Origin: Salpingoeca rosetta
Lineage: Eukaryota; Protista; Choanoflagellata
DNA: 64,000 bases
Direction of reading: 5' to 3'
Assembly: GCA_033442325.1 (NCBI GenBank)
Contig: JAWQFM010000010.1
Coordinates: 1,843,638 to 1,907,637, forward strand
Part shown: piece after piece, positions 33,030 through 46,479 of the stretch
Layout of the letters: each line of letters starts with the position of its first letter
How positions within the stretch are numbered: the stretch's first letter is position 1
Program-made: the position numbers and the translations under genes
Notes under the pieces: generated by a model
What the model was told of the DNA's origin: nothing
Databases searched by the model: none
Seen by the model: only the letters and a program-made list of their open reading frames with translations

Positions 33030-33351
33030 AGTAGTTGACTCTCCCCCCCATCTGATAGTAATTATGGGGCGTGTTTTCGTAAAAGCTTGAATTACATAAG
33101 GGTGTGAAACGTCGAGTGGGATCGAAAACCGTGCCTCGCATTGGTCAACGAGGACTGGCCTCCGTGCAGGCATAGGTCATTTAGCTCAGATACGCTTGGC
33201 GAGCAACAGAGACAAAACAGGAGCGGACACTATCTACACCTCTAATTCGTTACAAACTGTCCCTTGGTCTGGCTAGATGCCGTAGCGGCACCCGATATCG
33301 CGGGGATTCTCAAGGTTCATTGCCCAGGCGTGACGACGACGACGACGACGA

Positions 33352-33417
<66 letters not shown>

Positions 33418-33925
33418 CACACCATCATAACGCCAGTCCAGAAGCCGCTGGGAAGGCTGAACCAAGCTGCGTACTGCACGGGCTGCACCTCGGCACCGTG
33501 GGCCTGCAGGTACTGCTGCGACCTGAAGACCACAACAGCAACAACAAAGCAAGCGGGCACAGATCACCGTGTATGTGGGGTCGTTATGACAGGAGTCTCG
33601 AACGAGAGACGCAATGGACGTGCACGCAATCAGGGCGTCACCTGCGGACGATGGACGCGTCTGATCCGGGGAAGGGGATGCAGTACCCGTGGCCGTCCTC
33701 GCGCCACTCCGGCAGCATGCCAGGGCTGATGGTGGTGGTGGTTTGGCAAAGGAGAAGGTTGGGGAGGCAAAAGGGAGGAAGTGAGTTTGGTCGGGTGCAG
33801 CACAGAGACACAGGGAAGGGCAGGGGCACATGTACACAGAGATATACTCACAGAAAGACAGGGAGACACCCAAATGCGTATGCAATGTACAGAAAAGCAA
33901 ACACACAAAAAAAAAAACACAGACA

Positions 33926-33982
<57 letters not shown>

Positions 33983-34001
33983 ACAGATAGACCGACCGAC
34001 C

Positions 34002-34047
<46 letters not shown>

Positions 34048-34800
34048 TAGACACACAGACAGACAGACAGACAGACACACACACACACTCAAACAAACAA
34101 CCAAACCAGCAACAGACCGCTTGAGCTTCCTGCCGACGACGGGGACGGTGACTTTGCCCTTCTTGCGACGCAGATCCCGCAGCTCGCCCGCAGAGGCAAA
34201 GCCATGCACGGCTGACTCAAACGTGGCAAAGTGGACCTTCGTGCCAGCCTCCCCTGCACACAAACGAAGGGTACACATGAGTCACCATCAACATCATCGC
34301 CACCACAACCCTCTCCCTCCCTCCCTCCCTTCTTCCTTCCCTTCTCCTGCTCCCTCACTCTTGCTCCTCAGCATCATGATATCGGCACCTGATTTGATCT
34401 GCAGGAAGGATTCAACGGAGGATGGGATCTGGCCGTTTGTAAACTGTTTCACAGTGAACATGGTGCCCAGATCTGCGGGGATGCTGTCAAATCCGCACGC
34501 GCTGATGATTGTTGCTCCCTGGCAGGTGGGCATGTGAGAACGGACAGTCGGTAAGCTGAGACAATGGCATAGCAATGGAAAGGCATTCACCACAAGCAAC
34601 ACCTGCAGCGTAGCTGGAAGCAAGTGTGTTGTGCTGTGTGCTCTTGTGCTGTTCTGTCTCTGTCTGTGTGTGTGCGTGTGCGTGCGCGTGTGTATGTGTC
34701 TCTCAGTCTTAATCTGTCTGTGTGTATGTCTTTTTCTGTCTCTCTGTCTCTCTCTGTCTCTCTCTGTCTCTCTCTGTCTCTCTCTGTCTGTCTCTGTCTG

Positions 34801-34883
<83 letters not shown>

Positions 34884-35384
34884 CATACACACACTCTCTC
34901 TGCGCGTGTACCGTTTGGCGAGCTTGCTCGTCGTAGAGGTACTCCATGCGCTCGATAAACTCTGGTTCGCCGCAGATGTCGAGGTAGTGCGTGCCGACGG
35001 CAGCGCATGCCTTGACGACAGGCTCGCCGAAGAACCGGTATGGGCCGACACAGTTGAGGCACACCCGCGCCTGCTGCGCCATGGCGACGATGCTCTCCTC
35101 ATCCTTGACGTCTGCCACAATCACAGGGTAGTTGGTGCCCAGCTTCCGGTTCAGTGCCGCAAGCTTGTCCGCCCTAGGTGTGTGTGTGTGTGTGTGCGTG
35201 TGTGTGTGTGTGTGTGCGTGTGTGTGTGTGTGTGTGTGCGTGCATGAACGGGAGGTGTTTACAGGTGGCATTGGTTGTTTACACAAGTCAGCGATGACAC
35301 ACGCACACACACACACAAGCACAGACACACAGACACACACTCAACCACACATGCAGCCACACGCACACACACACACACAGACAC

Positions 35385-35423
<39 letters not shown>

Positions 35424-35430
35424 CACAGAC

Positions 35431-35482
<52 letters not shown>

Positions 35483-35627
35483 CTTACGATCGACCGGAGA
35501 TGGCAATGGACTTGTCCTGGACAGTACCCCGCAAATACTGCACAACATACTGGCCCGTAAAGCCCGTGGCTCCAAACACAACAATGTCCACAGCCCGCGG
35601 CTGCTGCGTCTTCTTCGCCTCGCTCAT
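31626..35627 (-). CDS. SCCPDH: Saccharopine dehydrogenase-like oxidoreductase
   Basis: Rossmann motif [33 protein letters not shown]...[56 protein letters not shown] and final exon GAGVKFEVL*. Confidence 0.93.
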
Positions 35628-36545
35628 GATGAGATGTTGAGATGCGATGTTGAGATGCGATATTGATGTGATGGGGGGTGAGTGAGGAGTGCGTGTTGTT
35701 GCTCCTGCCCAGTCAGTCAGTGTATGTGTTATGTGTCGCTCTGTCGTCATGCACTCATTTCCTGTCATGCGTGTTTTGCAGTGTCCCAGTCTCACAACAA
35801 CGCCACCACCACAACGCCACCGCCAGTGGTTGCCTGGAGAGGACAGCTGTTGACGGGTGGCGATGTAAGGGGCAAGCGAGCAAGACGCAGAAGAACACGC
35901 CGCGCCGCACGCAAGCAAGCCAGTGTCATCAGCACGCTTGCTTTGAGCAGCAGTGCAGGTTTTGTCCCACCACGCATTGGTTGCGCGGGTGCAGGCCCAA
36001 TTGCTGGGTGGTGTGACAGTGACTGAGCAACTACGGATGTCGCCTCACACACAACGCACCCCCCACACAGCACAGCACACAGCACAGCAGGCGGAGAGCG
36101 TGACTTGCTGTCGAGCAGCGTGCGTGCGTGGTCGTGGACGTTTGCGTGTGAGCGAGCGGGGGAGTGAGTTTGCTCTGTCGTTGTCTGTGCGCTCAGCACC
36201 GCCACTCACCACCACGCCACACGCAGCCCACCACAAGTAAAGAGAGCGAGGGGAGCGAGCGGAGAGTGTGATTTGACCATCGGCATCAACACACAACCAG
36301 CACGGCGCACAGCCAAGGCACAGCTCACAACGAACGCGCCGCAACCAATTGACAAAACAGCAGCACCAACAGCACAACCACAGCGACAACAACCACAGCA
36401 GCACCAACAGCAGTACAACCACAGCTGCAACAAGAGCAGCACAAACACGGTGACAACAACCACAGCAGCACCAACACAGCAGCACCAATACAGCATCATT
36501 CAACCTCCCCAAACAAACACGCACACGCAGTCAGCAGCACCAGTC

Positions 36546-37262
36546 ATGGCCACCCGCTGTTTGGCCAAGAGAGCCAACACGCAGAGGTGGCAGGCTGCAT
36601 CTCCCAGCGCAGCACCGCCACATCGGTTGCTGTTGCTGCTGCTAGCAGCACTCGCTGTGGGCTGCATCTGTGCTCACGCCACCACGCCGAACAGCGCCAC
36701 AGCGCAGAGCAGCCACCGAAACAACCAAAACACCCCTTTTGGTCGGCTCACGCCCTGTGGCGCCACAAGCAACTGCGCGCAAGTCGTGCACCAGCAGCGA
36801 CAACAGCAGCAGCAACAGCAGCAGCAACGACAGCAGCAACGACAGCAGCAGCAACACCAGCAAACTGCATCGTCAACGTCATCGTCGTCGTCATCACAGC
36901 ACAGGACCATCGCCATCAACGATGAGGCGGAGGGTGGTAGTGCGCACGTTCAGCTGGTGCTCGAGGCGGACGCGCGCAACGTGCACCCGCAGCTGACGGC
37001 AGACACAGGGGTGCAGTTCTGGCATGGGACTGTGCAGGGGGAAGAAGGGTCTGTTGTGCGATTGTCCACCGATGCCAACATGTGCATTCGGTCTGGGCTG
37101 GTCATCCACACCATGGCGTCAACAATGCAGGCGTCCTGGTTCCAGCAGTCCCAGCACACGAGTGCATTCGCAGTTCTGGAGCGAGCACAAGACGCCCCAC
37201 CCAACGACCAACAACAACACCAACAACAGCATCAGCAACGGCAAGAACAGTACCAACAACAA

Positions 37263-37297
<35 letters not shown>

Positions 37298-38612
37298 TGA
37301 CAGTCGTGCAGGCAGCGATGATGGCGTTGCTGTGGAGTGCCCGCACGTGCACATTCGTCGACTGACACTGGAAGAGGTTCAGGCCTTGAAGGACATGGCC
37401 CCGGATCCAACCCACGCGCACAGCAATGCCACTACTGAGCACGGAGCTGCGCCACACAGCCACGATCATGTTGGCACATGCACGCCTGCACAGGAAGTGG
37501 CCTTGTCCGAGCTGCTCCACGACGGCGACGATGGCGATGCTGCCGGCCCCTCGCATCGTGCGCGCCGCGCGTCTGTGGTGGCGACTGGAGATGGGCAGCC
37601 GGGGCCCGACCACATCACGTGCAGCGTGTTCCTCGATGCGGACGCGTCGTTCCTGCGGGCGTGGGGCGGCGTCGGCTCGCTCGCCCAGCGCAAGCAACGC
37701 GCCCTGCTCAAGATGGTGGACATCCTCTTCCAGGTGGACGGGCTGTACCAGCACCATGACAACCTCGCCAACATCCTCACTTTCCGCATTGCCGGGGCCG
37801 CGGTGCACGATGCTCTGGAGCTGTCCACCATCCCCATCACCGCCGGCGCATCAGCAGACGTCGCCTCCCGCGTGCTGCAGCAGTACCAGCGCTGGCTCGC
37901 ACGCAAGGAGCGCGCCCGCGGTGACGGGTACCTAACGGCCCAGCAGGTCTGCCTCAACCACCTCTTCACCCACACCAACCTGGACGGCGTGCTGGGCGTG
38001 GCCGTTCAGGCGTCCACCGCGAGCACGGTTGTTGGCGGGCTGTGCGAGTCGCGCATTGCACAGGGGCGCAGCCTCAATGCCGGCATCAGCACCACGAAAT
38101 CTGCGCGTGAGATCCCCGTTGCAACGTGGCAAACCGTCCTCTCCACTGCACACGAGGTGCGTGTGGAGGGCGAAGCTAATGGAGGTGGGGGGGGGGGAGG
38201 AGGCAGAAGGAAAGGGTTGGGGGTGGGTGGGTGTGGGTTTCTTGGTGCATGTTGCTGGTGGTGGTGGTGGTGGTGGTCGTGTCGTTGTTGCTGGTGATTG
38301 TTCTGGTTTTGTTGTTCTGTGTTCCGCGTTGTGTTGTGTGCTCTCTTTTGTCTCACTGTTTTCCTTTCCTTCTGTGACGATGGCTTGGCTGACGTGTGCT
38401 GACGTGTTGCTCGTCCTTACCCGCCTGTTTCCCCTTTGCCGCTGTGTCATTTCTTGCTGTGTGCCTGCTTCCAGTTTGGCCACAACGTCGGCGCACGACA
38501 CACGTGCGACTTGAGCGACACGTCCGCCTCCTACTGTCCCTCCGTGGAGGGCACAAAGTGCCATCCAACGCTCGAGCAGGTGCATTGGAGTGTGTGTGTG
38601 TGTGCGTGTGTG

Positions 38613-38666
<54 letters not shown>

Positions 38667-40112
38667 CGTGTGTGTGTGTGCGTGTGTGTGTGTGTGTGCT
38701 GTGTCTCCGTCTTTCGAGGTTGATGGTGGCTTGTTAGTGGTAATTGAGAGCTGGGTCCAAGTTCATGGCAGCGGACAGCTTGTCGCCATCTTCTTCCTTT
38801 GCCATATGTGTGCCTCCCTTCCTTGTTCATCCATGTAGCCTCACCACGACCCCAACACGTGCTCGTCTTGCCCCCCCCCCCTCTTCCTTTCTTTTCCCCT
38901 TCTTTCTTCTGTGCTTGTCAGGGCGGCCCATATCTGATGTATCCCGCCATTGCACTTGAGAACACGCACCGCAATGCCCAGTTCTTCAGCCCGTGCAACA
39001 TCGACGCCATCACCGCTGTGCTTGCCGTCAAGGGCGGCTGCCTGGAGGAGGCGCACCCGTGCAACGACCTCACCGACAACGGGCCGTGCTGCCTGGGCAA
39101 CCGCTTCCTCCCCTCCGGCGTCGTATGTCGCGAGCTGACGGCGCAGGAGGCCGAGTGCAAACTACCTGGCCTGTGCACGGGGAGCACGGCAGAGTGCCCG
39201 GCGTACCAGCACAAGGACAACGGAACCCCATGCCGGTTCCTGGATACCGACGGCGGCACCATCGGTCACGGCGCATGCCAACAGGGGAGATGCATGCACC
39301 TGCACGACGCCTTCTGTGCGGATTTGGGCCTCTTTGGCTGCAGCCACTACACTGCCGAGTGTGCAGTGTCGTGCTCCAGTGCCCGTGGAGGCCTCTGCCG
39401 CCCTTACAGCCCGAGCTGCCGCAACCTGATTAATGCAACCACCCCAACGCAGACGTGGGTTGCCGGCGGCATGTGTCCTGTGCCGACGGGCGATGCCTGC
39501 ACTTCGCACAAAGGGTATGTCGGCACGTGTGCGGCCAATGGGGAGTGCGCGTGCACAGCGGAGGACTGCACGGCCCCGCGCCCCGACAGCAGCAACCACG
39601 AGTACACGTGCGACTACGCCGTCACGCTGACAAACCCGTGCGACCAGCCCTGCAACACCGGCGAACAGGTGTGTGTGTGTGTGCATGTGTGTGTTTGCAT
39701 GTGTGTGCATGTGTGTGCATGTGTGCGCGTGTGTGTGTAGTTGTGTGCATGTGTGTGCATGAGCATGCGTGCGTGTGTGTGTAGTTGTGTGCATGTGTGC
39801 ATGAGCGTGCATGAGCGTGCGCGTGTGTGCGTGTGTGTGCGTGTGTGTGCGTGTGCGCGTAACCTCATGTTTGTCGTGCAGATTACGCTCACAATGTGTA
39901 CATGCCATTGCACTTCTTTTGCAGTCTGTGTTCTACCAATGTATGTGTGAGGACAGTGGATCTCGCATGGCCGTCAACGCCTCGTTTTGCTCCTGGCGCG
40001 TCCCTCGTACGTTCACCTAACCACAGTTGTGTGCTTGTATTGTTTGGATGGGGTTGCTTGTTTTGAGTTGGCGCACCCCCATCTCCTCCCTCACACGCAC
40101 ACACACAACACA

Positions 40113-40146
<34 letters not shown>

Positions 40147-40484
40147 ACACACACACACCTTCTCTGGGTGCAATGCTAATTTGCGACACTGCGGTGTCTC
40201 TTCTCCACACGTTCCCCGCACCAACTTCGCGTTGCTGCAGCTGCTGATCGGCGCACTTGCCAGCACACTTCATGCGAGGCTGCCCAGCAAGAGTTTCTTC
40301 GTGTCGTCATCTCGCCACTTCGCACCATCGACGCCGTACAAATCATGCTGTCACAGGTATGTGCTTTGTGAATGTTTGTGTGTTTGTGTGTGTGTATGTG
40401 TATGTATGTGCACGTTTGTGTGCATGTGTATGTGTGTGCGCGCATGGGTGCACGTTTGTGTGTGTGTGTGTGCGCATGGGTGCA

Positions 40485-40539
<55 letters not shown>

Positions 40540-41402
40540 ATGTGTGCACGTTTGTGTGTGTGTGCGTGCATGTGCATGTGTGTGTGTGCATGTGCATGTG
40601 TATGTGAATGAACACCAACGTCGTGTGCGCAACGTGGTATCATCATGAACTTTCCAGGCACTCGGCTTCCCGGTGTCGGTCAGCACCCTCGCGCAGGGCT
40701 CCAACGAGACAGCCTTGCAGCTGTGGGCCTGCAGGACAGACAACACGGGCTGTCTCTCCGCTAACCAGCTCATTGCCGTCCTGGTCGAGCCCGCTGTCAC
40801 CTCCGCCGTCCACAGCGCAGGTACGTGTGTTGTGTTGTGTTGTGTGTGCGTGTTTGTGTGTTTGTGTGCGGTGTAAGAATTCAGCTTTGCATGTATGTGT
40901 GTGCAAGCCGACACACCATGGAGGAGATCTTCACAAAGGCTGCTACATGTTCTCTGTGTGCATGGCATGCATTGGTGCGTGCATTTCCAAGAACTATTCT
41001 CACCCATTTTACTTCTTTGATTTGTCATTTGAACAGGATTCTCTGTGGATGATGTGAGTCGTATTGAGGAGACATCAGGCCCCAACACGGTCATCATCAT
41101 CGCAAGTGCGTACTTCGAGAGCAACCACCTTCCTTGCACCCCCACGCTCCGGTGCTTGCTTGCATGCATGCTGACTTCTTTCCCATGTGCGAAAGGGGCA
41201 GCACGACCTCCTTTGCTCACCTTTGCATGGCCCATGCCCAACACTTGTTGTTTCGCAGTTGTTGTGGCAGTTGTAGCCGTGCTTGCCACCGCCGCTGCTG
41301 TCGGCTTGTTCATCCACTATTCCAACAAAACCAAGCAATACCAAGCACAACTCTCTCTTGAGGTACCCATTGTGTCTGCGTGTTTCTGTGTGTGCGTGCG
41401 TG

Positions 41403-41440
<38 letters not shown>

Positions 41441-42379
41441 TGACTCTGTCTCTCTCTGTCTGTCTCTCTCTGTCTGTCTCTCTCTCTCTCTCTCCCTTGT
41501 CCCCTCTCCTCTTTCTCTGCCCACTCCACAATAAGGGTGATTTTGGTTTGTGTTTCACGTTGGCGGCAGCTCACGTCAAAGAACCCTGTTGGTCCACATC
41601 ACGTTGCACGTTGGCAGGAGGATGATGCGCTCGTGTTCTTGCAGGCCGGTGGCACCGCAAAGCAGGAGCTGCGCCGCTCTGTGCGCAGCAGCGTGCGCAG
41701 CGGTCCCTATGCCGGCACCAAACACCACCACCAGCCTCCTCCTCCACATCCTCTTCACCAGCAGCAACAGCAACAGCAGCTGCACATCGGGTCGTCACCG
41801 CTTGCCCACCAGCTCGCTGCTGCATCTGTGCCGGATATGAGTGGCGTCCCACTTCCACCGTACACGCCGCCCGCGGACGAGCTGGTGTATGAGGAGCTGT
41901 ACCACAACAGGGACTTCCACCCTGGTTATGACAGCGCCGAGTACACGGGCACAGTTGATTTTGGCAGGCGGCACCCTGACGAAGAAGGCGGCGACGTTAG
42001 TGGGCAGCATGTTGTGTACCACCGTGCCGATGGCGTGTATGACGATGACGATGGGTTCATTGACGACGAAGGCGAAGCGACTGCGCTGGGAGGCGGCGGC
42101 AGGCATGGCGGCCAAGACCAGTGCCACCCTCTGCATGAGGATGACGCGCTGGAGGAGGAGGAGGAGGAGGAGGTCGAGGGGCAGCCCAGGCCTGTGCCGC
42201 CGCACAGGGACACGCACTGCAGCGGGGCGTATCATGGCTCCAGGCCTCCGCCGTCGTATGATGACACGCCGCTCTATGTGGGAACCGGCACAGGCAGCAT
42301 ACGCACGAACACAACCACAAGTGTACGGAGTGTCGCACTCCTCGCTGCACTGCAGTCTGCGCCAACCAGTTCTTTCTGA
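36546..42379 (+). CDS. ADAM10/17-like membrane metalloprotease (M12B) with prodomain, disintegrin/Cys-rich region, TSP1-like module, TM and Tyr-rich tail; about 9 exons
   Basis: Hydrophobic signal region; furin-type site RARR; CLNHLFTHTNLDGVLGVA; zinc motif HE|FGHNVGARH split by the intron at ~38157-38473; Met-turn GPYLMYP; FSPCN; disintegrin GPCC...CRE...EC..PGLCTGSTAECP; TM VVVAVVAVLATAAAVGLFIHY. Confidence 0.9.
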
Positions 42380-42387
42380 CGTGAGAG

Positions 42388-42443
<56 letters not shown>

Positions 42444-42626
42444 GAGAGAGTGAGTGTGTGTGTGTGAGTGTGTGTGAGCGTGTGGCACAGAAGATTGTTG
42501 TATGCCGATCTCTTGTAAATGATATCAGTAAATTTTCCACAATCACAACAAAGCAGACCAACAACAACAAACAGCACTGACACTGCCACTGAACGCACAA
42601 CAAGAAGGTACCAACCAACCACTGGG

Positions 42627-44685
42627 ATGCGCTTCGTGCAGTTTGTGGAGCAAGGCCAGGCGGACGCCAAGGTGAGAGGGAAGCAAGCTCATACAGTGTC
42701 AGTTTTGTTCATGCAGTCGCTGCCGTGGTTGTGCATGTGTGTTTATGAGTAAACGGTTGGTTTGGGGGGTTGCTTGCTCACTCCAAACCCACTGCGTCGC
42801 AAAACACAAACAATAGCCGCGTTTTGGCGTGCAGGTCAGCGATGGCGGTGACATCGTCGACGTCACGGCCACCGACAAGACCATCCCAGCAACCACCCTC
42901 GACGTGTTGCGTGGAGGAGACGCCGTCATTGAACGCGTTCGGGCGTACGTTGAACAACATAGCCAGCGGGATGGAGGGAGTTGGGGAGTGTGTGTGTGTG
43001 TTTGTGTGCATGAAGTCGCACGCGCGCGTGCGTGTGTGCACACGCGTATGTGTTCGTGTGTATGAAGTCACGTGCGCGCGCGCGTTGGTGTGAATGTGTG
43101 TATCAAGTCGTGTGCGTACTTGTATTCGTGCGGCGTGGAATATGCTTAGATGTGTCCTTCCTGTTTACCTGCCCGTCGTTCCCATTGGCAGTGCCGTTGA
43201 GAGCAAGGCGAACGTGATCAAGGCTGCAGATGCAGTCATCAAGGCGCCCATCTACGATTGCGAGAAGGTCATCTGCATCGGCATGAACTACGTCGACCAC
43301 TGCACCGAGCAGGTAGCGCACCTTGCCGCTTGTGGAGGGTGGATGGCAATCATCGCCACCATGGCTTTAGTGCTTTGGATGAGGCTGTGTGTTCAGCTTG
43401 TACCAGCTCACATCGGCATGCTCATTAAATGTATGCAGAACCTGCCTGTGCCCAAGGAGCCGCTTGTTTTCTCCAAATTTGCCTCCAGCATCGCAGACCC
43501 TGGTGCAGACATCATCAAGGCGCCAGTCGTCGAGGTGTGCGTGTGTGTGTGTGAGTGTGTGTGAGTGTGCGTGTGAGTGTGAGTAAGTGCGTGTGTGTGT
43601 GAATGCGTGTGTGTGTGTGCGTGTGTGCGTGTGTGTGTGTGTGTGTGCGTGCGTGTGCGTGCGTGTTCGTGTTCGTGTGAGCTAGGTGACTTACTCACTG
43701 CAGTTGCGTGCAAGTACATGCTGGTGCTTGCGTGTACAATGACATGAAGAGGCTCTCCAATCCCAAACATATTCAAAGCTCCCTCGTTCACACACACACA
43801 TGTTCAAACGTGCTTCTCCTGTTAACTGCAGAAACTCGACTTTGAGGTTGAGTTGGCAGTTGTGATTGGCAAAGAAGCACACCGCGTCAAGGTAACGCCT
43901 GTTATCAGAGCGGGTGATGGCGGTGGCGTGAACCCTGTGATCTCCGTTGGCTTTCATCCAATTGTGCAAACGAATTCATTGTCACTCTGTGTGTGCGTGT
44001 GTGTGTGTGTGTGCAGGCAGCGGAAGCTATGGAGTATGTGGCTGGATACACGGTCGCGCACGACGTCAGCGCCCGCGATTGGCAGCTGGAGAAGAACGGG
44101 GGCCAGTGGCTCATCGGCAAGGTTAGTGGGAAGAAGACGGAATGAGAGACAAACGGACCGGGGAGTGTTGGTGAGGTTTACATGGGGTGGGATTGGAAGT
44201 CCACACACGTTCAAGCGGTTCTCTCAGATCGTTACTCATGCCAGCCCCTTCACCCCTGCGTGTTGCGCACGCCCCTCTCATCGCATGCATGTGCGCCCAC
44301 TGCTTCATCATGGCCACCGCCGCCAGACGTTTGACACATTTGCACCCATTGGTCCCGCCATCGTCACCCGCGACGACCTTGCCGATCCCCACAACGTCTG
44401 TGCAATCGCTTTGTGTCCGACCCGAATGCACGACGCTTCCGTGGCTTGTCTCATGCCTTGTATTTGTTTGTTTGTTTGTTTGTTTGTTTGTTCATGCGGC
44501 TGTGCATTTGTTTGTTTGTTTGTTTGTTTGTGCGGGTGTACAGCTTGGGATCCGGTGCCGCGTCAACGGCGAGACGATGCAGGACAGCAACACCAACCAG
44601 CTCGTCTTCAAGACAGAGACCATTATCGAGTGGATCACCCAGGTGCTTGCCGTGTGTGTGTGTGTGCGATACAACTTTGCCTCTT

Positions 44686-44735
<50 letters not shown>

Positions 44736-45140
44736 CTGGGGCGTGCGTTTCGCCATTTTGTGTTCGTGGCCACCAGCCATTCCCCTCATCCCACATTTCA
44801 TCACCACGATGATTTCTCTTCTTCAGTTTGTGACGCTGAAGCCTGGTGACATCATCCTCACTGGCACACCGCCAGGCGTCGGCTGCTTCCGCAAGCCGCC
44901 AGTCTGGCTTAAGGTGAGAGCTGTTCCTTGATGTGGTGCTTTTGAGTGTACTCTGTCGTGCACACATGTGTTGTCGTTCACACATGTGTTGTAGTTCACA
45001 CACGTGTTGTTGTGTACGCACGTGTTGTCGTTCACATGCCCCCTTCATCCCCTTGCTTCTGCTGCTGTCAGGATGGCGACGTCGTGGAGGTTGAGATTGA
45101 CTCCATTGGCTGCATCTCAAACACCGTCCGTGAGAAGTAA
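42627..45140 (+). CDS. FAHD2: Fumarylacetoacetate hydrolase domain-containing protein 2-like, about 10 exons
   Basis: [63 protein letters not shown]|[10 protein letters not shown] and [17 protein letters not shown]. Confidence 0.95.
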
Positions 45141-45508
45141 ACACACCTTCGCCGCTGAACGCACCCGGCTTGGTGTGTGTGTGTGTATGTGTGTGTGTGT
45201 GTGTGTTTGTTTGTTTGTGTGTGTGTTTGTGTGTGTTTGTTTGGGTGCATTTCTCTCCCCCTCCCACCTTTTCCGTGCCTGTGCGCGTTGTTTCTTCTCC
45301 GTTCAGGATTCGTGGGTGTTATTCATGTTTCTTGCCAGAGCAATACACGCTGACAATCAACACGACCGTCAAACGAAATCGTGCAGCCCACAGGGAAATG
45401 GGGAGGATTGAACGTGCTGTTGCGACCCTGGGCATGTGTGTGCGGAGCACACGTACGTCTGCACGGCTTCGTCTTCTCCTCGTTCTTCTACGACACGCGT
45501 CTGCGTGA

Positions 45509-46374
45509 TCAAAACCCGTACCGCTGCCGTGCGGCCCTGCGTGCCGCTGCGCTGTGTGCCCACTTGGTCTGCAGCTCCTGCTCGCGGGCCCGCGCCTCAG
45601 CCGCCAAATACGTGATCTGATGCTTCCGGCGCTCCATCCCCTTTGGTACGTCCGCCTCCTGATGGTGGTGAGAATGGGAGTGAGTGAGAGCGCGTGAAAG
45701 TGTGTGAGGTGTGAGGTGCGTGAGTGAGTGTGAGTGAGTGCGTTTGCGTGAGCGTGTAGGCGTGTGTACCTTTGTGTACAAGTGTGCGCACATGCGTGAA
45801 TACATGTGTACACACACACGTGCATAAGCACACGCAGGCGTGGTGCAAACGCAAGCGTGCATGCATATGGTGTTGTTCTCATTACCAGGCTGCTCTTGGG
45901 CGTTGTGTCGGTGCTGTTCTTCGTCTTTGCTCGCCACTCGTCAAATGTGTCCCTGTCGAGCGTCAAGAGCAGGTGAGTTGGGCACGTGGCCTGAGAATGA
46001 AGCAGGCACACATGAATGCAAGCAAGGCACAACTTACAGGCAGATAAGAGAGGCCCCAAGAGACAAGCGGGCTCATATCCACGCACACACACACACACAC
46101 AAGCACATATAAGCACGCAGACAGGCACAGATATAAGCACACAGACACACGCACACAGACACACAGACATACACACAGACATACACAGACATACACACAC
46201 ACACACACACACACACTTGTGCCAACCTTCGTTCGCGATCGTCGACGTTGACGAGTTTGATGGCGCCGTGCCCCTCGCGTCGGCCGAGAAACCGCTTCAG
46301 CTGCGCAAATGGAAGGAGGGGTGCAATGCGGGTGACGGTCAGCAACACAAAGCCGGCATGGTGACCAAACACAG

Positions 46375-46408
<34 letters not shown>

Positions 46409-46419
46409 ACACACACACA

Positions 46420-46479
<60 letters not shown>

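Noticed and set aside
44955-45035. 18-bp tandem units with a palindromic core (gtcgttcacacatgtgtt-like), superficially CRISPR-like
   Set aside because: No spacers and no cas genes; a degenerate minisatellite in a eukaryotic FAHD2 intron.
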